Assembly: GCF_006345805.1 (NCBI RefSeq)
Contig: NW_021825529.1
Coordinates: 1 to 16,248, forward strand
Length of the DNA: 16,248 nt
Direction of reading: 5' to 3'
Source: Octopus sinensis
Taxonomy: Eukaryota
The notes under the pieces were generated by a model. It saw only the letters and a program-made list of their open reading frames with translations. It had not been told where the DNA came from and did no database searches. Below are positions 1 to 10,565 of this stretch, one piece after another (the first letter of the stretch is position 1; every line of letters starts with the position of its first letter). The translations under genes were made by a program, and so were the position numbers.

Positions 1-67
1 TACCCCGAAAGTACAAGAAAAAGATATTCATACACACTCACATTAAGTTCGTTACACTCTTTAAAGG

Positions 68-185
68 CCTGGTACTTGTTCTATTGATCGCTTTTTATTG
101 ACCGCTACCTTACGGGGATGTAAACCCCAGCAACAGTTCTCAAGAGGTGGTGGTGGTGGTGGGGTCAAACACAGACAAAGATACA
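68..185 (-). mobile_element. 3' tail fragment of SINE family A (older, diverged copy)
   Basis: Reverse complement aligns by eye to the family A tail at 412-525 (TTACGGGGA.GTAAAC...CAAACACAGAC; compare 11275-11375). Confidence 0.75.
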
Positions 186-191
186 GATACA

Positions 192-633
192 GGTGCAGGA
201 GTGGCTGTGTGGTAAGTAGCTTGCTCACGAACCACATTGTTCCGGGTTCAGTTCCACTGCGTGGCACCTTAGGCAAGTGTCTTCTACTATAGCCTCGGGC
301 CGACCAAAACCTTGTGAGTGGATTTGGTAGACGGAAACTGAAAGAAGCCTGTCGTATATATGTATATATATGTATATGTATGTATGTGTGTGTGTGTGTG
401 TTTGTGTATATGTTTGTGTGTCTGTGTTGTCCCCCCTCACCCAACATCGCTTGACAACCGATTCTGGTGTGTTTACGTCCCCGTAACATAGCGGTTCGGC
501 AAAAGAGACCGATAGAATAAGTACTGGGCTTACAAAGAATAAGTCCTGGGGTCGATTTCCTCGACTAAAAGGTGGTGCTCGAGCATGGCTGCAGTCAAAT
601 GACTGAAACAAGTGAAAGAGTAAAAAGAGAGAG
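192..633 (+). mobile_element. Full-length tRNA-derived CORE-type SINE, family A (tRNA head, CORE-like block, microsatellite linker, 3' tail)
   Basis: Pol III A box TGGCTGTGTGG (202-212) and B box GGTTCAGTTCC (245-255). CORE/MIR-like ACCTTAGGCAAGTGTCTT at 266-283. TA/TG linker at about 355-420. Tail ends ...GCATGGCTGCAGTCAAATGACTGAAACAAGTGAAAGAG. Near-identical copies at 9604-9946 and 11172-11990. Resembles octopus OR-type CORE-SINEs (from recall, not searched). Confidence 0.9.
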
Positions 634-677
634 TATACACAGACAGACAGACACACATACACATACATGCATACGTG

Positions 678-742
678 TATACGTCGGGCCTCTTTCGGTT
701 TCTGTCTACCGAATTCACTCATAAAACTTTGGTCGGCCTGAG
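678..742 (-). mobile_element. 3' part of a family A SINE head (diverged); probable partner of the 68-185 tail
   Basis: ACGTCGGGCCTCTTTCGGTTTCTGTCTACCGAATTCACTCATAAAACTTTGGTCGGCCTGAG is the reverse complement of 294-357 with substitutions. Confidence 0.8.
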
Positions 743-749
743 TTTATTC

Positions 750-910
750 ACACGCACACACACACACACACTCACACACACACACACACATACACATACA
801 CACACACACACGCACACACACACACACATACATACACACACACGCACACACGCACACGCACACACATACACACACACACACGCACGCACGCGCGCACACA
901 CACACATATA
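750..910. repeat. (CA)n microsatellite, imperfect
   Basis: Direct reading. Confidence 0.95.
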
Positions 911-912
911 AT

Positions 913-971
913 ATTCTTTTATTCTTTTATACCTTTCAGCCCTAAGACTGTGGCCATGCTGGAGTATTGCC
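913..971 (-). mobile_element. Extreme 3' end of a family A-like SINE tail
   Basis: ATTCTTTTATTCTTTT...AGACTGTGGCCATGCTGGAG matches 11172-11224. Confidence 0.7.
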
Positions 972-974
972 AGT

Positions 975-1054
975 GATATGTGCGTGTGTGTATGTGTTTG
1001 TGTGTGTGTGTGTCTGTGTGTGTGTGTGTGTGTGTGTGCGTGTGTGTGTGTCAC
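975..1054. repeat. (TG)n microsatellite
   Basis: Direct reading. Confidence 0.95.
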
Positions 1055-1190
1055 TGTGTCTGTGTTTGTCCGCTCATCACCCACCGCTTGGCAACCTGTG
1101 TTGGTGTGTTTACGCCTCCGTAACTTACCGGTTCGGCAAGGCGGTGCTCCAGCATGGCCGCAATCAAATGACTGAGACAAATGAAAGAGA
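1055..1190 (+). mobile_element. Family A SINE tail with an internal deletion of about 65-70 bp
   Basis: Matches 412-630, but GGTTCGGCAA joins directly to GGCGGTGCTCCAGCATGG at about 1139. The segment with the GTCGA hairpin is missing. Confidence 0.8.
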
Positions 1191-1717
1191 CTGCCTATAC
1201 CCCTTGTATTCCCTAAGTACCCTACATCGCTACATTGCTACTCTGTCATCCATTCCAACAATATACCCCTAAAAAGGATTTCTCACAGAAAAAACAAATA
1301 TCTTTTTTTTTCAAAAATTTCTTTGAAGCTGAAATATGTTACTCTTTAAATGAAAAAAAAAACCTATCAACTATTGATAGGGTTCATTCCTTCCCCTAGG
1401 GTCCTCCCTGCTCCCTAAATCATCTCAGATGTTATTACAACTATTGAGGATCAGGAAATCTGACAATGGTTTTTTGTTTGGGTTTTTCTCAGGCATATTT
1501 CGTGTTGTTATAAGCAAGTGGAGAAGCACGAAATACGAGGAAAGCAGGTTAGTGGGAACAGAATGCCACACACACACACACAACACACACACATGCACGC
1601 ACACACACGCACACACAGACACTTGTAATCAGACACTCTCATAAACATACAATCATAGCAACCCACAAACACGCGCACATTAAACAATATATACAGACAT
1701 CCTGTTTGGATGTCAGG

Positions 1718-1804
<87 letters not shown>
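1718..1804. repeat. (TATC)n microsatellite
   Basis: Direct reading; nearly perfect. Confidence 0.97.
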
Positions 1805-2190
<386 letters not shown>

Positions 2191-2327
2191 ACTACTACCG
2201 ACACATATCTAATCTCCACGCACACTAGCGCACAAACCGACATACTCGCACAAATGCACTACACCGTACCTTGAACATATCCATACACACTCTACCGCCT
2301 GTTGTAAATCTAAATAAAACTAAGTAC

Positions 2328-2472
2328 AGCTGGATGGTTAAGAAGTTCGCATGGCAATCACAAGGTTCAGGGTTCGACATCAATGTGTGACATCCTGTAT
2401 CTTTTACCACAGAATTTGGTTCGACCAATTTCTTATGAGTGAAATTCTGTTGACGGAAACTAGAAATCTGTC
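2328..2472 (+). mobile_element. Highly diverged family A SINE head
   Basis: TGGTTAAGAAG...GGTTCAGGGTTCGAC...TTCGACCAA...TGAGTGAAATT..TTGACGGAAACT aligns colinearly with 203-352. Confidence 0.65.
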
Positions 2473-2480
2473 AGATGAAT

Positions 2481-2620
2481 TGTACGTACAGTTCAAAAGT
2501 CCAGCCTTATGTTGCGCTCATTAGGTATGAGGATTACGAATAAGGGTACACTTGTCTGTGGAATATTCGGCCATTAACAGAGTGATTTCAAAGGTGGATA
2601 GTACATTCGATCGAACAACA
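2481..2620 (+). mobile_element. Diverged 3' body fragment related to SINE family B
   Basis: TGTAC..TTCAAA...TAAGGGTACACTTGTCTGTGGAATATTCGGCCA matches 12608-12750 (TAAGGGTGCACGTGTCTGTGGAGTGCTCAGCCA). Confidence 0.6.
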
Positions 2621-2711
2621 TGAACGCGCATTGTTGAAAGAAGCAGCAAGAAATCGAACACCAATAAGTTATGATTGTACTTTGATAAGAGCTGACACCC
2701 GAGGCCACATC

Positions 2712-2734
2712 TCTACTACTTCTGCTGCTGCTTA

Positions 2735-2770
<36 letters not shown>

Positions 2771-3220
2771 CTACACCACCACCACCACCACCACCACCAC
2801 TACCACTACCACTACTATGCTACCACCACTACTACTACTTACGACACTACTACTACTACTACACCACCACACCACCACCACGACCACTACCACACACTGC
2901 TACCACCACCACTACGACTACTACTACCACGACTACTACTACTCCCTACTAATACTACTACTACTACTACACAACCACACACCACCACCACCACCACTAC
3001 TCTACTACCACTACTACTGCTACCACCACCTACCACTACTACATACTACTACGACTCCTACTCTATACTACATACCACCACCACCACCACTACCACTACC
3101 AATACTATGCTACCACCACTACTACTACTACACTACTACTACTACTAATACTACATACTACACCACCACACACACACCACCACTACCACTACCACTACTA
3201 CTGCTACCACACCACCACCA

Positions 3221-3270
<50 letters not shown>

Positions 3271-3434
3271 TACTACTACTACTACTGCTACTACACTACT
3301 ACTATACTAACACCACCACACCACCACCACTACCACTACACTACTACTGCTACCACCACTACTACTACTACTACTAACTACTACTACTACTACCACCACC
3401 AACCACCACCACTACCACTACCACTACTACTGCT

Positions 3435-3487
<53 letters not shown>

Positions 3488-3559
3488 AACCACCACCACC
3501 ACCACCACTACACTACCACTACTACTGCTACCACACCACCACCATACTACTACTACTAC

Positions 3560-3593
<34 letters not shown>

Positions 3594-3642
3594 ACCACCA
3601 CCACCACTACCACTACCACTACTACTGCTACCACCACTATAC

Positions 3643-3677
<35 letters not shown>

Positions 3678-3722
3678 CACCACCACCACTACCATACCAC
3701 TACTGCTACCACCACAACCACA

Positions 3723-3772
<50 letters not shown>

Positions 3773-3936
3773 TACTACTACTACTACTGCTACTACACTA
3801 CTACTATACTAACACCACCACACCACCACCACTACCACTACACTACTACTGCTACCACCACTACTACTACTACTACTAACTACTACTACTACTACCACCA
3901 CCAACCACCACCACTACCACTACCACTACTACTGCT

Positions 3937-3989
<53 letters not shown>

Positions 3990-4046
3990 CACCACCACCA
4001 CCACCACCACTACACTACCACTACTACTGCTACCACACCACCACCA

Positions 4047-4094
<48 letters not shown>

Positions 4095-4130
4095 ACCACC
4101 ACCACCACTACCACTACCACTACTACTGCT

Positions 4131-4180
<50 letters not shown>

Positions 4181-4214
4181 CACCACCACCACTACCACTA
4201 CCACTACTGCTACC

Positions 4215-4285
<71 letters not shown>
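2712..4285. repeat. About 1.6-kb compound (ACT)n/(ACC)n trinucleotide array with a 502-bp higher-order duplication
   Basis: Direct reading. Landmark interruptions recur at +502 (see findings). Confidence 0.95.
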
Positions 4286-4320
4286 ACTGTATATCACCGT
4301 ATGTATACAGTACTCCGTAG

Positions 4321-4511
4321 GTATTGATTTCCTTCTTTGGTTTGGGGGAGGTTATTGTCGATAATATCGATCGGAGTGCTTGATTGGTTTGCTGGAAGAA
4401 CGAAAGGACGGCAAAGTTGACTGCGGCAGGATTCGAACCTAGAATGCAAAGGGCCGTAACTAAATACCGCAGGGCAATTATTTCGCCGACATTCTAAGGA
4501 ACGGTTCTATT
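4321..4511 (-). mobile_element. Diverged SINE family C copy with a 10-bp target-site duplication
   Basis: GAAAGGACGGCAAAGTTGACTGCGGCAGGATTCGAACCTAGAA is a reverse-complement match to 6870-6920. Flanked by TACTCCGTAG at 4311-4320 and 4512-4521. Confidence 0.75.
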
Positions 4512-4594
4512 TACTCCGTAGATATGCAACATACTGCCACACCCTTATTTAATTCCACCAAATATATCAGACTACCCCGGAGATCCGTGATGTT

Positions 4595-6087
4595 ATACAC
4601 ACACACATACACACACATACACAAACATACATATACAAACATATATACACACATACGCACACATACATACAAATACATACGTACAAGCATACACACACAT
4701 ATAAACATACAAACATACACACATACAAACATATACATAGACACACACATAGAAACATACAAACACACACAGATACTCACACGCACATACATACAGGTTT
4801 ACATGTATACATACACACATGCATACATACACGCACTCACGCACAGTCACATACATTAGACACTAAATTACGCACAAACACAGACACATACATACATACA
4901 CACACATGCATACATACACACACATACAGACACTAAACGCTATTTCATACTCAATATCTCAGATGAACTCACACACACACACGCACACATTCTAGTCATC
5001 AATATACGTACACATAACACCACGCACATACAAACACCGTTTGATACACACACACACACACAAGCACACACACATATAAACACATATACATACATACATT
5101 CATGTGAGCATATTATACATACATTTTACCACACGCACGCACGCATGCACACACACACACACATATACACACACACGCTCGTATACACACAGTCACAATA
5201 CACTACATCAACATACAAGCCTGACTACATTAGATATACATCAGATACCAGACCTACCACATCACTGTCTCTCTCCTTCTCACTCTCTCTCTCTCACACA
5301 CACACACAGACACTGAGTCACATACATATACACAAATACACGCATACGGATACACTCACAGACCAATATTCACACACGTCACTAACATACCCAATAATAC
5401 ATAACAAGTACTCACACACGTTTCCACAACACTTTAAGTACGCAGCGTCGGACCCCACATACACACATATGTCCACATACACACTTGAACAGACACGCGC
5501 ACACACATATACACTCCCTCTCTACTACCTCTCTCTCTCTCTCACATTATCTCTCTCTCTCACACACACACACGCACGCACACACACTGACATCACTTAT
5601 ATTCATCCCACAATTAGACAGACCCGCGCACGTACCCTTTCGCAGAGCCAATCACACTCATACACAGTAATATGCAATCATCGCAAATGCATAAGTAGAC
5701 TCTCTCTCTCTCTCTCACACGCACACACACGCAGACACACACACACACACACAGACGCACAGACATACACATATACACACAGACGCATACACACATACCA
5801 CACGCCCAAACAGAAAGATCTACAATCGTCACAAACGCATAAGTACGGACACACGAGCGCACGCACAGACAGACAGACACACACACACACGCACGCACAG
5901 AGGAACGTACATACTCATCCATCGACGGACCCAGTCACAGACACACCCACTCCTCATACACATTACAGACCCATGTACCCACCCTTCTCCCAGCCACACA
6001 CAGCCATCTCATACACACAACAAGCACATCCCTAGACACACACACACACACGCACACAACCATCACAGGACCAAACACACATACCCG

Positions 6088-6118
<31 letters not shown>

Positions 6119-6219
6119 ACACACACATTTACAGACAGATCGGCAGACATCGACGCGTATCAGATATCATAGACACATCCTTAGCGAAACACACACACTT
6201 ACACACACACACGCACACA

Positions 6220-6261
<42 letters not shown>

Positions 6262-6290
6262 TACACACACACGTGCGCACGCGCGCACAT
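4595..6290. repeat. Long degenerate (CA)n/(CATA)n/(CT)n low-complexity tract
   Basis: Direct reading. Strongly C/A-biased plus strand. Confidence 0.9.
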
Positions 6291-6595
6291 ATCAACACCC
6301 AGTCAGAGTAACACCCGTCTTCTCCCTCCCCACCACAAACAGTAGGCCCTCACGTAGCCCCTAAGTGAACTAATAAGGTCAAGTGAGCCCTAAAGAATGT
6401 CAACAATGTTGTATGTGTTATTTTTTCCCCTTCCTTCTCTCCCTGCCCCTAATTTACGGACTATTTCGAGTCGTTTTAGCTGTTATCAACAATTTCTTGC
6501 TGTCTCTATAACGCCCAACTCAGACCCTCATAGAGTAGCCTGATTATGATCAAAGAGACATTCCAGTCGTGACCATCCAATTTGATTTCAGGAAG

Positions 6596-6742
6596 GACAA
6601 TACTTCTGTCTGCACCATGCAGAGTAAAAGTTACTCCAGAGATCTATCCGAGGAACCTCACCTCTCACCATTTCGGCTGCATGTATTCGCAAACGCCTTC
6701 TTTCGGCCATTACCAAAATCCATGACCAAATATAGGATGACT
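6596..6742 (-). mobile_element. Ancient RTE-clade LINE relic (region C-terminal to the RT domain), frameshifted
   Basis: Piecing frames on the minus strand gives PIFGHGFW / VMAERRRLRIHAAEM / RFLG*ISGVT. This matches the RTE/Expander-type motif YGHE.WVMTER.RSRIQAAEM.FLRR..G.T recalled from fish RTE elements. Confidence 0.65.
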
Positions 6743-6746
6743 TATC

Positions 6747-6801
6747 TATATAACAATGTGATAAGAATATATAACAATGTGATAAAAATATGTGATAAGA
6801 A
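6747..6801. repeat. 21-bp tandem repeat TATATAACAATGTGATAAGAA (2 copies plus a partial)
   Basis: Copies at 6747-6767 and 6768-6788 (1 mismatch); partial at 6789-6801. Confidence 0.85.
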
Positions 6802-6802
6802 A

Positions 6803-7034
6803 AGCGACCAGCTGGCAGAAACGTTAGCACGCCGGGCGAAATACCTAGCGGTGTTTCGTCTGCCGTTACGTTCTGAGTTCAAATTCCGCCGAGGTCGTCT
6901 TTGCATTTCATCCTTTCGGGATCGATTAAATAAGTACCAGTTACGCACTGGGGTCGATGTAATCGACTTAATACCTATGTCTGTCCATATTTGTCCTCTC
7001 TATGTTTAGCACCTTGTGGGCAATAAAGAAATAA
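6803..7034 (+). mobile_element. tRNA-derived SINE family C, first unit of a tandem dimer
   Basis: A-box-like TGGCAGAAACG (6813-6823) and B box GTTCAAATTCC (6877-6887). Central block GAGGTCG..TTTGCATTTCATCCTTTCGGGATCGAT..AATAAGTACCAG resembles the Meta/MESC/Sauria-type domain (from recall). A-rich tail AATAAAGAAATAA. Confidence 0.9.
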
Positions 7035-7254
7035 AAAACGTTAGCACGCCGGATGAAATGCGTGACCGTATTTCGTCTGCCGCTACGTTCTGAGTTCAAA
7101 TTCCACCGATGTCGACTTTACCTTTCATCCTTTCGGGATCAACAAATTAAGTACCAGTTACGCACTGGGGTCGATGTAATCGACTTAATCCCTTTGTCTG
7201 TCCTTCTTTGTCCTCTCTATGTTTAGCCCCTTTTGGGCAATAAAGAAATAAGAA
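7035..7254 (+). mobile_element. SINE family C, second head-to-tail unit starting at AAACGTTAGCACGCCGG
   Basis: Colinear with 6819-7034, about 85-90% identical by eye, no spacer. Confidence 0.9.
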
Positions 7255-7539
7255 TATGTTTGTATCACATAGAGGACTGTCCTAGTAACATGGTGCCCAC
7301 ATTGATTGGCTTCGTAATGGCATAGTCAGTAGCTTTATGGTAAGACAATGTGCTGCAGTAGCATGTAATATAAAGCTTAATGGCATAATGTTACGATGGT
7401 AGGTAGTTATAAAGATAGGATGGTATGTTTCCGGAACGGTGGGAAAGATGACGCTGAGAGTAGATTTGTTTTTAGCGGTTTCAGAATGATACAGACATTA
7501 CTAGGAGTGAATGTGCATATGTATATACGCAGGCATATC

Positions 7540-8508
7540 TATACACACACACACGTATGTATGTATGTATTATGTATGTATGTTGTATGTATGTGTAGTA
7601 TTTGTTTTGTATGTATGTGTGAATGTATGTGTGTGGTGTCTGTGTTGTGTGTGTGTGTGTAGTATGTATTAGTATGTATGTAGTATGTATGTATATATTT
7701 ATGTATGTATGTATGTATGTAGTATGTATGTATGTATGTATGTATGTAGTATGCATGTATGTATGTTTGTTCTGTGTGTGTACGTATTATGTATTTATGT
7801 ATGGTATGTATGTGTAGGTATGTGGTGTTACGTATGAGGTATGTATGTATGTATGTATGTATGTATGTAGCATGTATGGTGGGTGGTATGTATGTATGTT
7901 TGTCTGTGTGTGTACGTATATGTATGTATGTGTGTGTGTATGTATGTAGGTATGTATGCATGTATGTATGTATGTATGTATGTATGTATGTATGTATGTA
8001 TGTATGTGTGAATGTATGTATGTGTGAGTGTATGTTTGTGTGCATGTATGTTTACAATGTGTATGTTTACAGACGCAATGTATATGTATAATTTATGTAG
8101 TGTATGAATACTATATAGGCGCATTATATATACATACACACAGATACACACACACACACACACCACACCACATATATATATAATATATAATATATGTACA
8201 AAAACATTGGTTCTGTGTATGTATGTATATATATATATATATAATATATATATATGTATATATAAACACACTTGTTTCTGTGTATGTATATATATATATA
8301 TATGTATATATATACACACACATATACTTCTTTGTGTGTATGTATGTGTATATATATGTATATATGAATTTATATATGCGTGTGTGTATGTGTGTGTGTA
8401 TGTATGTAACAATGTGCTTTTGGTCGGATGTTTATAGGCGCAGCGTGTTTGTATATGTATATATGCATTGTGTGTCTTTGTGCATTATATGTGTATGTAT
8501 ATGTATAT

Positions 8509-8567
<59 letters not shown>
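7540..8567. repeat. (TATG)n array grading into (TA)n/(TG)n
   Basis: Direct reading. Confidence 0.93.
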
Positions 8568-8572
<5 letters not shown>

Positions 8573-8821
8573 CATAGATACACATATGTATACATCTGAA
8601 TTATTGGAAGTCCACCTGAGATGTCGATCAAGACAGAACGATGTAGTGGCGGTTTTTGACTATTTATTAAATTTTATGTATTGATTAGTCTTCCTTGTTT
8701 GTTTTGCAAAATAGGGTTTGTCTCAAATAATATTTATAATATTTTACTATAAATTGGATTTAATCCTAAATCTGATTTTTTTTCCTGTAAATTTGGATAT
8801 ATTCCCTAATATTTATATTTC
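8568..8821 (+). mobile_element. Short AT-rich Penelope-like or retrozyme-like insert between (TA)n tracts
   Basis: About 250 bp of unique sequence bounded by (TA)n at 8527-8567 and from 8822, carrying a degenerate hammerhead fold at 8612-8649. Confidence 0.45.
8612..8649 (+). ncRNA. Degenerate minimal type-I hammerhead ribozyme-like motif
   Basis: CCAC-CTGAGA-TGTC-GATCAA-GACA-GAA-C-GAT-GTA-GTGG. Stem I CCAC/GTGG, core CTGA_GA (one nt short), stem II TGTC/GACA, GAA(A)C, NUH = GUA. Confidence 0.5.
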
Positions 8822-9179
8822 ATATATATATATATACTCATGTGTATGTACACATGTGTGTTTATGAATGTGTATGTGTTGCATGTGCACGAATCTGTGG
8901 GTGGGGCGAGATGAACTGTTGGTTTTATCATTAAGTCTAAGAGGGTCGTAGAAGAGTTCTGATTTCTTTTTATGTCAACCACCCTCGGTATTTTAACCCG
9001 ATTCTACCCGATTCACCATCATATATATCAATCATCTGGGTAGGGGTATAACGGTGGTGGTAGTGGTGGTGGTGGTGGTAATGGCTCTGTGTAAGGTGTC
9101 CTCTTTTAGGGGCCCAGTTTCCCTTTTGACGATGTTAGCATTATTAAGGTCAAACGTAATTAGAGACATCATTCCCGCA

Positions 9180-9398
9180 TCCACACACTCGCACGCGCAC
9201 ACGCACACACGCGCGCACACACACGCGCACACAAATTATACATATAAGTATGCACATACGAATATCCACACACGCACACTCCCTCACATATACACACATG
9301 CAAGCATATATGCCAAAATTCAGAAGAAAACACATATAAACACATACACACACACACTCACATACACACACACACTCACACACAGACACACACTCGCA

Positions 9399-9432
<34 letters not shown>

Positions 9433-9600
9433 ACAAGCTATTCAAGTGCACAAACGTGTGTGAAGTATGCCCGAAAACGTGTGTGCGTTTGTGTGTGTGT
9501 TGCGGTGTGTGTCCGTGTGTGTGTGTGTGTGTATTTGTATAAATGAATATATGTACACACATGAATGTACATATACATATACACATGCATATGTAAATTT
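9180..9600. repeat. (CA)n-rich tract followed by a (TG)n/(TA)n-rich tract
   Basis: Direct reading. Confidence 0.9.
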
Positions 9601-9603
9601 ATC

Positions 9604-9946
9604 GTTTACTTGTTTCAGTTATTAGACTGCGGCTATGCTGGAGCACTGCTTTGAAGACCCTTGTACTTATTTTTTTCTTAAACCCTGGTACTCATCCAAC
9701 CGGTCTCTTTTGTCGACCCGCTGTGTTACGGAGACGTAAGCACACTAAGCGATTGTCAAGCGGTGGTAAAGGACAATACACACACACACACACACACGCA
9801 CACACACACACACACACGACGGGTTTCTTTCAGTTTCAGCCTACCAAATCCACTCACAAGGCTTTGGTCGGCTCGAGGCAATAGTAGAAGACACTTGCCC
9901 AAGGTGGCGCAGAGTGGGACTGAACCCAGAACCATGTGTTTGGGAA
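9604..9946 (-). mobile_element. SINE family A, lacking the first ~35 nt (A box)
   Basis: Reverse complement of 192-633: tail 9604-9776, (CA)n linker 9777-9817, head with CORE (GACACTTGCCCAAGG) and B box up to CCATGTGTTTGGGAA. Confidence 0.9.
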
Positions 9947-10153
9947 CAGCTCCGAGACATCCGCCTCGGCAATGACACCCCGGTCTCACGCCATTTCCGT
10001 TCCACCGGTCACTCCTTGCAACACCTGTCTGTGTTCAGATTGTCCTTGCACAGAGGCCATCCGGACTCCCGTTTGCGCCGTGAACAGGGATTAATCTTCT
10101 CTCTTCGCTCTTTTACGCCATTTGGGCTTAATTCTCCTCCCCTCTTCTTCTAA
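9944..10153 (+). mobile_element. Penelope-like retroelement relic: C-terminal half of the GIY-YIG endonuclease, followed by a pyrimidine-rich 3' UTR to about 10250
   Basis: In-frame EQLRDIRLGNDTPVSRHFRSTGHSLQHLSVFRLSLHRGHPDSRLRREQGLIFSLRSFTPFGLNS fits the PLE C-terminal pattern EH...I.....PV..HF...GHS...L.V.......R...E...I..L....P.GLN. Confidence 0.8.
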
Positions 10154-10565
10154 CCTCCTCCCCAACTCCTACTTCTCTTCACTCCTACATCTTTTCACCC
10201 CTACTCTCTTTCCCTCTTCTCTCTTACTCTCTTTCTTTCATTTTACTTCGAATTCCATGACCAGAAGCACTCCTCAACAAGGATGGTTGCTGTTAGGATT
10301 TATGATACGCACGGATGAACTAAATGAAATTTAAAGCCATGTTACATGCTTTTAGTCGGCTTATGTGAAGTTGATTAACATCCGCAGAGGCGACATACTA
10401 TATCTGTTGAATTAATTAATCTCTTTGGCGTTCTTTATAATAAAATTAGAGTTAATATTTTCAAGACGGTGTTTAGACATTAATTCAGATTTCCTGATTT
10501 GAATGTCTGTTATGTTAGATACATGGAATTTTCTCTTGGTACATGAAATTGCAGAAGCCTGTTTA

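Noticed and set aside
1363-1381. 8-bp palindrome CCTATCAA-CTA-TTGATAGG (tetO-like look); similarly GACATCC-TGTTT-GGATGTC at 1696-1714
   Set aside because: Short hairpins of this size are expected by chance in 16 kb and have no supporting context.
2631-4297. ORFs rich in Thr, His, Leu or Val (248 aa plus; 72 and 70 aa minus) as mucin-like or His-rich proteins
   Set aside because: They are translations of the ACT/ACC array. Frequent 1-bp indels switch the residue identity, and there is no signal peptide or splice context.
4511-6150. HT/CV/YM-repeat ORFs up to 296 aa (likewise 7396-8684, 9032-9586 and 13092-14186)
   Set aside because: CA, TG and TATG repeats lack stop codons in several frames, so these are artefacts.
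6670-6745. Possible minus-strand exon with a GTGAG donor
   Set aside because: Better explained as a frameshifted RTE LINE fragment.
6569-7009. 146-aa ORF that looks non-repetitive
   Set aside because: It runs across the antisense RTE relic, the 21-bp tandem repeat and a SINE. It is a chance open frame.
6803-7254. CRISPR-like or segmental direct repeat
   Set aside because: These are two ~220-bp SINE units without spacers in eukaryotic DNA.
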